Shown in pieces: positions 7,303-15,879 of a stretch of DNA of 32,000 bases. A model generated the notes under the pieces. The model had not been told where the DNA came from, made no database searches, and saw nothing but the letters and a program-made list of their open reading frames with translations. Every line of letters starts with the position of its first letter. Within the stretch, counting starts at the first letter, position 1. The position numbers were made by a program, and so were the translations under genes. The DNA lies in the NCBI GenBank assembly GCA_963718585.1, contig OY970357.1:30001-62000 (forward strand), written 5' to 3'. Source of the DNA: Candidatus Saccharimonadota bacterium (lineage in GTDB: Bacteria > Patescibacteriota > Patescibacteriia > 2-12-FULL-60-25).

Positions 7303-8787
7303 TTACGATGGGTTCGTCACCGTGATCGAGAGCGGATCACCTTGGCCAACGGCGCCGAGCGCATCGGTCGCTTGGCCGGTGAACGTGATCGTCCCGGCCG
7401 TATTCCACGGTCCGGTCGTTGCGGTACACGGGGCGGCACTATCGCAATGCTTGAGGACCGCACCGTCCTTCATCACGTCGATGGACGCGATACCGTCATC
7501 ATCCGATGCCGTGACCGTGACGTCGAGCGTCTCGCCGACATAGATCAGGGTCTTACCGGTCGAGACCGTGACCATGGGCGCGTCCGTGGTCCCGATCGTG
7601 ATGATCTTGACCGCAGAGGTGTAGGTCCGTCCCAGCGTGTCCGTGACCTTGCCATACACCGGGTGCGTGCTGCTCACGGCGCCCGTGATCACGTCACCCC
7701 ATCGACATTCGCGCGCGCCGGTCGCACAGCCTTTGACATCGACGTCATCCACGAAGATGTCGATCCGGTTCACCGCGATGCTCGCGTCTGCCGTCACGGC
7801 GACGCCCACGGTCTCGCCGGATTTGATCATCACACGATCGATGCTGACCTGCACGAGGTGCTGTCCGTCGGCCTGCACCGTGATCGTGACATCCTTCGTC
7901 TCAGTCGTCCCGTCCAGCCGGCTCAGTTTCGCTTCTGCGACATAGCTCGTCTTGGTGCCGGAGGTGGGGATCTGCGTCTCGCCAGAGCAGGACGCGGACG
8001 GACAGGACGTCACGAGCGAACCATCGAAGAAGATCTCTATCTTTGAGACGTTGGTGACGTCAGACGAGGTTGCGGTCAGGTAGATGACATCGCCCGATTG
8101 GACGGAGGTCTTGTCCACGGAGAGACCGAAGGTGGCCGTTGTCGTGGTCGGCGGTGTGGACGTGGTGTTGTCATTCGGGGGCAGTGATGGCGTCTCGCCA
8201 TTGATCCGCTTGTCGACGTCGATGTTCGTCGCCGCCTGGGTCTCGGCCGTCGGGGAGAAGTCCGATGCATTGTTGATATCCGCACCGACGGTGTAGTTCA
8301 CGAAGAACGCGTCAGGGATATCATCGACCTTCGTGTTCCAGTCCGCTCCGTAGAGCGCGGGGGCGACGGCTTCGCTCGTGACCCAGCGAAGCGTGCCGTC
8401 CGAGGCGACGGCATAGACCTTGGGATCGGTCGTGATCTTCACGAGTTTCACGCCCGGGCGGTACGTGACGTTCCCCCCGATCGGGATCTCTGCCAGATCC
8501 GAATCCGAGACGGTCTGGACCGTCGAGAAGTCTGCGTACCAAGTGAAATAGGTGCTCTCGGTCGGAAAGACGTACCGTTTGCCGTTCTCGGCAAAGTAAT
8601 AGACCGCAGAACTGGATCCTTTGATGAGAGTTTGGGTGGAGACCGTTGAGGCGTGTGCCGGGGCGGATCCAAGCAACAGGAGAAGCGTGGAGGTGATCGC
8701 GGCAACGCGGAATCGGAACGTGGATGACATAGGGAGGATGTTAGATAAGATCAGGGTCAGCATACCAAGCCGTGGCAGCCTTGGCAC
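7303..8787 (-). CDS. secreted surface protein: signal peptide, shared N-terminal domain, Thr/Pro linker, three Ig-like repeats each with a Cys pair
   Basis: 494-aa ORF. Hydrophobic leader ...AAITSTLLLLLGSAPAHAS. N-domain paralogous to 6393..7184. Linker NDNTTSTPPTTTTA. Three ~85-aa repeats with CPSASC, CATGAREC and CDSAAPC. The start is uncertain (8787, 8763 or 8730) and no SD is seen. Confidence 0.75.
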   Translation of the reverse strand: MPRLPRLGMLTLILSNILPMSSTFRFRVAAITSTLLLLLGSAPAHASTVSTQTLIKGSSSAVYYFAENGKRYVFPTESTYFTWYADFSTVQTVSDSDLAEIPIGGNVTYRPGVKLVKITTDPKVYAVASDGTLRWVTSEAVAPALYGADWNTKVDDIPDAFFVNYTVGADINNASDFSPTAETQAATNIDVDKRINGETPSLPPNDNTTSTPPTTTTATFGLSVDKTSVQSGDVIYLTATSSDVTNVSKIEIFFDGSLVTSCPSASCSGETQIPTSGTKTSYVAEAKLSRLDGTTETKDVTITVQADGQHLVQVSIDRVMIKSGETVGVAVTADASIAVNRIDIFVDDVDVKGCATGARECRWGDVITGAVSSTHPVYGKVTDTLGRTYTSAVKIITIGTTDAPMVTVSTGKTLIYVGETLDVTVTASDDDGIASIDVMKDGAVLKHCDSAAPCTATTGPWNTAGTITFTGQATDALGAVGQGDPLSITVTNPS

Positions 8788-8793
8788 GCGTGG

Positions 8794-9273
8794 TCAGGAA
8801 CGGCGGTATCTTTCGAGTAGACGGCGTGTCGGATGCCCATTCCGGGTGCCGAAGGTCATATGATGGATCACCGGTACGCCACGCTTCGAACTGTTGGAGA
8901 TAGCTCGATCCCCACCAAGGGCAAAACCGATGTGACGATGTTCCAGACCGTCCCGCTCGATGATCGGTTCCCAGATCAGGATATCGCCTGCGCGGACCGT
9001 TCGGACGCTTCTCCACCCGGATCGTTGCAGGTCGCGGACCGTTCCGTCCACGGTCAGGTGGGGTTCGTGGATCCAACCGAAATGATGAAGGATCGTGGAC
9101 ACGAAAAAGGCACAGGAGAGGCGGCCGTTCTTCACCAGATCGGACTTCCGACCATCGATCGTCGCATAGAAGTGCTGGAAGATCCGCGACCGGATGCTTC
9201 CGCGGACCATGGCGAGATAAGTCTCGTTGTCGCGCGGAACGATCTGGGATCTACGCGTGGTGGAGTGCGTCAT
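8794..9273 (-). CDS. NlpC/P60-like (papain-fold) hydrolase-like protein, no signal peptide
   Basis: The order Cys...GD-hydrophobic...His matches NlpC/P60: GRLSCAFFVSTIL, VRAGDILIW, HIGFALGGDRAISNSS. The upstream part of the 236-aa ORF overlaps rpe. The likely start is ATG 9273 (23-nt overlap with the rpe end) or 9207. Confidence 0.5.
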   Translation of the reverse strand: MTHSTTRRSQIVPRDNETYLAMVRGSIRSRIFQHFYATIDGRKSDLVKNGRLSCAFFVSTILHHFGWIHEPHLTVDGTVRDLQRSGWRSVRTVRAGDILIWEPIIERDGLEHRHIGFALGGDRAISNSSKRGVPVIHHMTFGTRNGHPTRRLLERYRRS

Positions 9274-9883
9274 ACGCGGCTTTGGGATCCGATGTGTTCC
9301 AGATCGAACTCGCGGCATAGAAACGCGTGACGCCGGCGTCTCGCAGATCGGGGACATGTTCCACGGTAACGCCTCCGTCGAATCCGATGAGGAGGTGCGG
9401 CCAGCGTGCGCGGATCGCGCGGACCTTTTCGACCGTCTCCGGGATGAGTGCTTGTCCGGAGAAACCGGGTTCGACACCAAGGACAAGGACTTCGGACAGG
9501 CCATCCGCGAAGGGATCGAGCACCTCGATAGGGGTCTTCGGCGAGAGGGCGAGTCCGTATTCGATCCCGATGTGCTCGCAGGTCAGGAACAGGTCTGCGT
9601 GATCGACCTGGGCTTCGACATGCCAGAGTGCGCGGTGGATCGGTCCGCCACGATGGATCTTATCGAGATACCTGGCGGGATCCGCGACCATGAGATGGAG
9701 CTCGATCCAGGTCGGTGTCTGCATCGCATCGATCGTATCGAGATCGCACCAGCTCGCGTTCGGATAAAGCGTGTCGTCGAGGACATCGAGCTGGACGGTC
9801 GACGCGAGTTCTTCCACGGTCGTGAGCTCGGATCGGAATGTCGCCTCATCCTGTGCGAGGATGGCAGGAATGATGTGGTTCAT
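9251..9883 (-). CDS. rpe: ribulose-phosphate 3-epimerase (divergent)
   Basis: 210 aa with IIPAILAQD, HLMV, GVEPGFSGQ and GFDGGV motifs in Rpe order. Its start lies 1 nt after the rpiB stop. Confidence 0.8.
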   Translation of the reverse strand: MNHIIPAILAQDEATFRSELTTVEELASTVQLDVLDDTLYPNASWCDLDTIDAMQTPTWIELHLMVADPARYLDKIHRGGPIHRALWHVEAQVDHADLFLTCEHIGIEYGLALSPKTPIEVLDPFADGLSEVLVLGVEPGFSGQALIPETVEKVRAIRARWPHLLIGFDGGVTVEHVPDLRDAGVTRFYAASSIWNTSDPKAAYDALHHA

Positions 9884-9884
9884 A

Positions 9885-10319
9885 TTAACCCAGCTGTTTC
9901 ACCCGTCGGAGGTATCGCGTTGCTTTACCGAATGCGGTCTTCAGGAAGGGATCGACGATCTTTTTCGCTGCTGCGGGTGTGAGATCCCACCCGGAGAGGC
10001 AGAGGACGTTCACATCATCATCATGCCGCGCACGCTTCGCCTCCGCCGCGGTGCGCGCCTCGAATGCGCGGACCTTTTTTACGCGGTTCGCGGCGATGCA
10101 GACGCCTACGCCGGACCCGCACACGAGGATCCCGCGGCTATTCCGTGTCCCTGCGACTTTGTGTGCGAGCGCACTGCCGATCGTCGGATAGTCATCGCCT
10201 GGCGCGAAGACGGGCGAGAGGTCTTCGATGTGGATCCGGTCGGGAAGCAGGGCTTTGAGTCGTTCTTTGAGCGCGAAACCTGCGTGATCCGCGCCGAGAT
10301 AGATCGTCGATATGGCCAT
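9885..10319 (-). CDS. rpiB: ribose-5-phosphate isomerase B
   Basis: MAISTIYLGADHAGFALKERL... and GILVCGSGVGVCIAANR are typical RpiB/LacAB blocks. Start set at ATG 10319; the longer ORF (to 10376) would run through the ileS promoter region. Confidence 0.9.
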   Translation of the reverse strand: MAISTIYLGADHAGFALKERLKALLPDRIHIEDLSPVFAPGDDYPTIGSALAHKVAGTRNSRGILVCGSGVGVCIAANRVKKVRAFEARTAAEAKRARHDDDVNVLCLSGWDLTPAAAKKIVDPFLKTAFGKATRYLRRVKQLG

Positions 10320-10327
10320 ATGAGGGG

Positions 10328-10356
10328 AGTGTAGCAGGGTTGACGGAGGCGTCGAA
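10328..10356 (-). promoter_or_regulatory. candidate promoter for rpiB (leaderless geometry)
   Basis: Minus-sense TTCGAC (10356..10351), 17-nt spacer, TACACT (10333..10328). The ATG follows 8 nt after the -10 element and there is no SD. Confidence 0.45.
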
Positions 10357-10368
10357 GGACCGCATGAT
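10340..10368 (+). promoter_or_regulatory. candidate promoter for ileS (very short leader)
   Basis: TTGACG (10340..10345), 17-nt spacer, CATGAT (10363..10368). ATG at 10381 and no SD. Confidence 0.45.
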
Positions 10369-10380
10369 ACGCACACATCT

Positions 10381-13371
10381 ATGTCGAACGAAACCGCTGG
10401 ACCACGTCGCGATCTGCGCCCCGATTTTCCGCAGATGGAAGAGGAGGTCGCTGCATTCTGGGTGAAGAATCGGATCTTCGAGCGTTCGATCGAGGAGCGG
10501 CCGGAGAAGAATGCGTTCGTCTTCTATGACGGACCGCCGTTCGCGACCGGACTTCCGCACTACGGACACCTCCTACAGTCGGCGATCAAAGATGCGGTGC
10601 CGCGCTATAAGACCATGCAGGGGTATCGCGTCGAGCGGCGGTGGGGATGGGACTGTCATGGTCTGCCTATGGAAGCTCTCGTCCAAAAGGATCTGAAGCT
10701 CGCGAACAAACAGGATATCGAGGCGTATGGCATCGGCAAGTTCAATGATGCCTGCGCCGCGACGGTCTTGAAATATGCGGATGAATGGAAGCGATATGTG
10801 GATCGTCTCGGGCGATGGGTCGAGTTCGACAACGCGTATAAGACGATGGACATCCCGTACACCGAGTCCGTGTGGTGGGCCTTCGGTGATCTCTGGAAGA
10901 AGGGGCTCATCTACAAGGATCTGCGCGTGTCGTTGTATTCGCCGTCCAATGGGACGCCGCTTTCCAATTTCGAGGTCGCGATGGAGAACTCGTATATCGA
11001 TGTCGAAGATCCGTCGATCACGATCAAGTTCAAGGCGGTCGGCGAGGAGCTGACGTATTTTCTTGCATGGACCACGACGCCATGGACCTTGCCGGCGAAC
11101 ATCGCACTCGCCGTGCATCCCTCTGAGGTCTACGTGAAGGTCCGTCTCAAGGAGACGGGAGAGACGTATGTCTTTGCGGAGAAGCTGATGAATCAGGTGC
11201 TGCGACAATTCTTCCCGTTGCCGGATGGGGAGCCGCCGTTCGAGATCGTCGCCAAGATGTTGGGGAGCGAGCTTGCGGGCGCAGCCTATGAGCCGTTGTA
11301 TCCGATCCCGGTCGGTGCGGAGAAGGTGCTCATCGCGCGCGAGGGAAAGACGCGGTATCAGATCGTGGCCATGGACTACGTGACCATGACCGATGGGACG
11401 GGCATCGTGCATACGGCGCCGGCGTTCGGCGAAGAGGACTTCCGCGCGGCCGGGGCGCATGCGCTGCCCGTGGTACTCACCGTGGACGAATATGGGAATC
11501 AGAAGCCTGAGGTCCCGCTCGTGGGAGGTGTGTTCTATCTCGATAGCAATCCGGCGGTCGTCGAGGACCTTCGTGGTCGAGGCCTCCTGTATCGTTCTGA
11601 GACCGTCGTGCACACGGTCGCCATCTTCAGTCGCAATAACACGCGTCTCATGTATAAGGCGCAGCCTGCCTGGTATGTGAATGTGACGAAGCTCAAGAAG
11701 AAGATGCTCGACACGGCGAAGAAGATCAGCTGGCATCCAGACACTTTCAAAGAAGGGCGTTTCGGCAAAGGTCTTGAGACCGCACCGGATTGGTGCATCT
11801 CCCGTGCGCGATTTTGGGGTGCGCCGTTGCCGGTCTGGAGTAATGCGGACGGGACGGATGTCCGCGTCTTCGGTTCCATCGCCGAGCTCGAGAAGGCGGC
11901 GGGGATCAAGCTTGATCGGAAGGATGCGCTCATCCTCCATCGTCCGAAGATCGATGACGTCGTGTTCACGAATGCGAATGGCGAAGAGATGCGACGGGTC
12001 CCCGACGTGCTCGACTGCTGGTTCGAGTCGGGGAGCATGCCGTATGCGGCGCAGCATTATCCGTTCGAACGGAAAGAATGGTTCGATGCGAATTTCCCAG
12101 CCGACTTCATTGCCGAAGCCCAGGATCAGACACGCGGATGGTTCTACAACCTGCACGTCCTCGCGACCGCGCTCTTCGGGACGCCGGCATTCAAGAACGT
12201 CATCGTGACCGGGCTCATCATGGCCGAGGATGGGAAGAAGATGTCCAAGAGTCTCAAGAACTATCCGGATCCATGGGATCTCATGACGCGTCTGGGGGCG
12301 GACAGTCTGCGGATGTATCTCCTGTCCTCGCCGGTCGTCCAGGCGGAACAACTCAATTTCAGCGAGCGGGATGTCGAGACGGTCCAGCGCACGATCTTCG
12401 GTACGCTCTGGAACGTCCGGGCGTTTTATCTCCTCGCGGCCGGCACGGATCGGATCGAGATCGCCAAGCCACGGAGCGGACACGTCCTCGATCGGTGGCT
12501 CGCCTCACGACTCAACCAATTGACCGAAGAGATGACCCGTTCGCTTGAACAGTACGACCTGCCCGGGGCGACGCGTCCGCTGCGCGCATGGGTCGATGAT
12601 CTCTCGACCTGGTGGTTGCGCCGTTCACGCGATCGGATGAAGGGTGGTGATCCGGACGACCGACTTGATGCGTTGAAGACCTTACGCGAAGCCCTGCTCC
12701 AGACCGCTCTGCTTCTCGCGCCATTCGCGCCGTTTTTCGCCGAACGGCTGTATCAGGATCTGGAGGGGTCGAAGATGTCCGTGCATCTGGACCGCTGGCC
12801 CAAGGCAGACCCGCGTCTCATCGACGAACAGTTGTTGGCGGATATGCGCCGCATCCGCGCGGCGGCGGCCGCTGGGCATGAAGCGCGGGCGAGTGCGAAG
12901 ATCCCTGTCCGTCAGGCGCTTGCTTTGGCGACCGTGCAGTTGAGTGATGCAGCAGAAGCATCCCGTCTGAGCGCGAGGCACGACCTTCTTGTATTGCTTC
13001 GTGATGAGCTGAATGTCGAGCGAACAGCGGTCGTGCAGGGGACGACCCCAGAGGGGTCGGATTTCCATGTGACCCTCGACACGATCATCACCCCAGAGCT
13101 CAAACGGAAGGGCATGGGTCGCGAATTGGTACGTCATGCCATGAACCTGCGGAAGGCTCTCGAGCTGACGCCACAGGATCCGGTCGTTCTCTATCTTGCG
13201 ATCGAGGATGCGAGTCTGCGTGACCTCTTCGAAGACCTGGCGCAGACCCAGGCGGAAGCCGTAAAGGCAACGATTTTCGGCGTCGGTGACGATCTGCCGT
13301 CCGACATCGAGGTCGATGAGGCGTTCAAGGTCGATGGTCGACAGATCCGTATTGGCGCAAAAAAAGGCTGA
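10381..13371 (+). CDS. ileS: isoleucyl-tRNA synthetase
   Basis: 996 aa. HIGH-type motif PHYGHLL and KMSKS present (DGKKMSKSLKNYPDP). WCISRxRxWG block (DWCISRARFWGAPLP). CP1 editing region present. Confidence 0.95.
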   Translation: MSNETAGPRRDLRPDFPQMEEEVAAFWVKNRIFERSIEERPEKNAFVFYDGPPFATGLPHYGHLLQSAIKDAVPRYKTMQGYRVERRWGWDCHGLPMEALVQKDLKLANKQDIEAYGIGKFNDACAATVLKYADEWKRYVDRLGRWVEFDNAYKTMDIPYTESVWWAFGDLWKKGLIYKDLRVSLYSPSNGTPLSNFEVAMENSYIDVEDPSITIKFKAVGEELTYFLAWTTTPWTLPANIALAVHPSEVYVKVRLKETGETYVFAEKLMNQVLRQFFPLPDGEPPFEIVAKMLGSELAGAAYEPLYPIPVGAEKVLIAREGKTRYQIVAMDYVTMTDGTGIVHTAPAFGEEDFRAAGAHALPVVLTVDEYGNQKPEVPLVGGVFYLDSNPAVVEDLRGRGLLYRSETVVHTVAIFSRNNTRLMYKAQPAWYVNVTKLKKKMLDTAKKISWHPDTFKEGRFGKGLETAPDWCISRARFWGAPLPVWSNADGTDVRVFGSIAELEKAAGIKLDRKDALILHRPKIDDVVFTNANGEEMRRVPDVLDCWFESGSMPYAAQHYPFERKEWFDANFPADFIAEAQDQTRGWFYNLHVLATALFGTPAFKNVIVTGLIMAEDGKKMSKSLKNYPDPWDLMTRLGADSLRMYLLSSPVVQAEQLNFSERDVETVQRTIFGTLWNVRAFYLLAAGTDRIEIAKPRSGHVLDRWLASRLNQLTEEMTRSLEQYDLPGATRPLRAWVDDLSTWWLRRSRDRMKGGDPDDRLDALKTLREALLQTALLLAPFAPFFAERLYQDLEGSKMSVHLDRWPKADPRLIDEQLLADMRRIRAAAAAGHEARASAKIPVRQALALATVQLSDAAEASRLSARHDLLVLLRDELNVERTAVVQGTTPEGSDFHVTLDTIITPELKRKGMGRELVRHAMNLRKALELTPQDPVVLYLAIEDASLRDLFEDLAQTQAEAVKATIFGVGDDLPSDIEVDEAFKVDGRQIRIGAKKG

Positions 13372-13423
13372 ATAAAGCGAAATTTCCTGAAAACCGGCCA
13401 CGTCTTCTCTTGATCATGGGGAG

Positions 13424-13452
13424 TTGACAAAAGGCTGGTTTTTCGGTATGTT
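13424..13452 (+). promoter_or_regulatory. sigma-70-type promoter for the kinase gene
   Basis: TTGACA (13424..13429), 17-nt spacer, TATGTT (13447..13452). The ~50-nt leader carries the hairpin TTCCCAGA-TAG-TCTGGGAA and AAGGAGG. Confidence 0.6.
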
Positions 13453-13506
13453 CAGACATTCCCAGATAGTCTGGGAAGTGGTCTTTCACACACCAAGGAG
13501 GTGTTC

Positions 13507-15234
13507 GTGTCTCGCATCATCAAGAATCGCCTCAGTCGGGAGGCATCGGAATACGAGGTCCTCCAGCCGATCGGCGAGGGAGGCATGGCGTCCGTCTACA
13601 AGGCGGTACAGCTTCACCCGCCGGCCGAATGGGTCCAGGCATACGGCAGGATCCCGCGGATCGTCGCGATCAAGTTTCCGCACCGGGAGATGATCGAGCG
13701 TGACGACACGTTCGAAGATCGGTTTGCGCGCGAGGCGCGCCTCGTCTCCGGCATCCAGCATCCCAACGTGATCGGCGTCTATGAGGTCGGTCTCGATGAG
13801 GACTATCAACCCTTCATCGTGATGCAGTTCATCGAACATGCGGTGACGCTCGAGGACGTCGTCTCGAAGCGCTACGAGGAGTTCTACGAACCGCCTCGTG
13901 AGCCGGGCAAGATCCCGCATTCGTTGATCGGCATGCGGTGGGTCAACACGGTGTTCCGCCAGCTTCTGGAGGGACTCCGCGCGATCCATGCGAAAGGCAT
14001 CCTGCATCGGGATCTCAAGCCCGATAACGTCCTCATCACGACCGATGCGGATGGGATGCCGCATGTGATCATCATGGATTTCGGGATCGCGAAGCAGCTG
14101 GAATCCGCAACGTCCGAAGAGACGCGCAACCTGACGCGGGGCGCAGCACTCGGGACGCCGTACTACATGTCCCCGGAGCACGTCTTTCCGGTCAAGCCGG
14201 CTAAGGTCGCCGAGCATTCGGAAGACGAGCTGACGGTCCGCTCGCAAGAACGGACATTCGTCACGACGTATTGCCCCGGCTCCGATCTGTGGTCCGCGGG
14301 AGTCATCTACTTTCGGCTGATCTCCGGCCAGGTTCCGTATTACCATACGGACATCAACTTCATTCTCGCCATGATCGGCGATCCGAACCATCCGGTTCCA
14401 TCGGTCACGGAGTACGTCACGGACGTCAATCCGGCGGCGCTCACGCTCATCGAGCGTTGCCTGGTGAAGGATCCAGAGCAGCGTGTCCGCACGGCGGAGG
14501 AAGCCTTGGCGCTGCTCGACACCGTGGACGAGGCGGAGCAGCTCTATGAAAGAGGGCTGCGCCTCGAGACCAAGAGAGCCGATCCGGCGAAAGCGATCCC
14601 GGTGAAGGCGATCCGGACGTCCAAGCGTCCGACCATGAAGAGCGCGGATTATGAGGAAGACCCGCCAGAGGAGTCAGTAGCGGGATCGGCGGACGCTCAT
14701 GGTCGTAAGACCGTTGCGATCGTCGGTGTGCTTGCGGCAGCGCTCGGGATCGGTGTGGTGTTCTTCCTCCGTACGTTGGAGGGGACGCCGAACCCGGCTC
14801 CTTCCCCCTCGGTCGTAGCATTGGGCTCCACGCAGACCCCGTCAGCGAACCCCATGCAAAGTGCTTCAGCGGCCCCATCTGCGGTCGTTTCGGCGGTCTC
14901 TCAACCGCTCGCATCGGCTTCGGCTCCTCCCGCGAGACCAGCTTCCCACAAACGGAAGCCGAGCACGGGTCCTCGGCCGTCCGATCGGGACGTCTATCGT
15001 CTGTACCATCGCGGTCTCACGGCGGCACATCGCGGAGACTGTGCGAGCGCGGAAGCGGATCTGTCCGGCGTTGCCGCGATCTATCCAACGTTCCCGCCGC
15101 CATTCAAGCTCCTCGGTGACTGCGCACGCACGCATGGTCATCTGGATGACGCACGGAACTACTACAAGCAGTACCTGTCGTTCGAGGGCGTGGACCCGCT
15201 CCCACCCGAGGCACAGAAGCTGCTTGATCCATAG
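13507..15234 (+). CDS. Hanks-type Ser/Thr protein kinase with one TM helix and extracytoplasmic TPR-like tail
   Basis: Kinase motifs GEGGMASVYKA, VAIKF, HRDLKPDNVLI, DFGIAK and GTPYYMSPE. TM segment TVAIVGVLAAALGIGVVFFL. AAGGAGG at 13494..13500 favours GTG 13507 over GTG 13501. Confidence 0.9.
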   Translation: MSRIIKNRLSREASEYEVLQPIGEGGMASVYKAVQLHPPAEWVQAYGRIPRIVAIKFPHREMIERDDTFEDRFAREARLVSGIQHPNVIGVYEVGLDEDYQPFIVMQFIEHAVTLEDVVSKRYEEFYEPPREPGKIPHSLIGMRWVNTVFRQLLEGLRAIHAKGILHRDLKPDNVLITTDADGMPHVIIMDFGIAKQLESATSEETRNLTRGAALGTPYYMSPEHVFPVKPAKVAEHSEDELTVRSQERTFVTTYCPGSDLWSAGVIYFRLISGQVPYYHTDINFILAMIGDPNHPVPSVTEYVTDVNPAALTLIERCLVKDPEQRVRTAEEALALLDTVDEAEQLYERGLRLETKRADPAKAIPVKAIRTSKRPTMKSADYEEDPPEESVAGSADAHGRKTVAIVGVLAAALGIGVVFFLRTLEGTPNPAPSPSVVALGSTQTPSANPMQSASAAPSAVVSAVSQPLASASAPPARPASHKRKPSTGPRPSDRDVYRLYHRGLTAAHRGDCASAEADLSGVAAIYPTFPPPFKLLGDCARTHGHLDDARNYYKQYLSFEGVDPLPPEAQKLLDP

Positions 15235-15256
15235 GCGCATCGGCGCCGTTCAACTC

Positions 15257-15293
15257 AACCCCGTCCGCTCGAAGCGGACGGGGTTTTTCTTTT
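15257..15293 (+). terminator. intrinsic terminator after the kinase gene
   Basis: AACCCCGTCCGCT-CGA-AGCGGACGGGGTT followed by TTTCTTTT. Confidence 0.85.
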
Positions 15294-15321
15294 GTGTCGC
15301 CACGCGCTACGCTGTCCGCGT

Positions 15322-15879
15322 ATGATCGGATCCATCCGAGGGAAAATCATCGACGTACAGGCGATATCTGCCCTTGTGGAGGTGCAGGGCGTCGGATATG
15401 AGGTTCTGGCCGCACCCGCCGTGCTAACGGACCTGACCGTGGGGAGCGACTGTTTTTTGTATATCCACGATGTCGTCCGCGAAGACGCCCGGTTACTCTA
15501 TGGATTTTTGCAGCGCAGTGACCTCGAGTTGTTCCGTCGGTTGCTGACCGTCTCCGGCGTCGGGCCCAAGGTCGCTCTTGCTGTCTTGGGCGCGGGCGGT
15601 GCGGTTGCCGTGAAGCACGCCATCGCTCAAGGGGATCTCACGCGATTGACGTCGATGCCAGGCGTGGGGAAGAAGACCGCGCAGAAGATCATCCTTGAAC
15701 TGAAGGGACAACTGGTCGAAGAGGCGTCGCTCCCTCCTGGCGATGCGGAGGCGGTGGATGCGCTCGTCGCGCTCGGGTATCCAGCCGCGACCGCGCGCGA
15801 AGCCGTGAAGATGGTCGGAGAGTCCGTGACCGACGTCTCGGAACGGATCCGTGAAGCATTGAAAGCACTCGCCAAGTGA
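15322..15879 (+). CDS. ruvA: Holliday junction DNA helicase subunit RuvA
   Basis: MIGSIRGKI...VEVQGVGYEV...LLYGF...LFRRLLTVSGVGPKVALAVL...LTSMPGVGKKTAQKIILELK. Start taken at the conserved MIG (15322). Confidence 0.9.
   Translation: MIGSIRGKIIDVQAISALVEVQGVGYEVLAAPAVLTDLTVGSDCFLYIHDVVREDARLLYGFLQRSDLELFRRLLTVSGVGPKVALAVLGAGGAVAVKHAIAQGDLTRLTSMPGVGKKTAQKIILELKGQLVEEASLPPGDAEAVDALVALGYPAATAREAVKMVGESVTDVSERIREALKALAK

Noticed and set aside
6393-8787. Diversity-generating retroelement (template/variable repeat) involving the paralogous surface proteins
   Set aside because: The window contains no reverse transcriptase. The similarity is spread over the conserved N-domain with mixed substitutions, not adenine-specific differences at a C-terminal variable region.
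10320-10380. T-box or other riboswitch leader upstream of ileS
   Set aside because: The spacer is only 61 nt and is filled by two promoter motifs, leaving no room for a T-box leader.
10573-12483. 636-aa ORF antisense to ileS
   Set aside because: It lies opposite an unambiguous IleRS gene. The translation is Arg/Asp/His/Pro-rich low-complexity sequence, typical of shadow frames in GC-rich DNA. No start context.
13486-14391. 301-aa ORF antisense to the kinase gene. The same applies to 7270..8046, 15627..16490 and 17389..18228.
   Set aside because: These are shadow ORFs opposite genes with clear family motifs.
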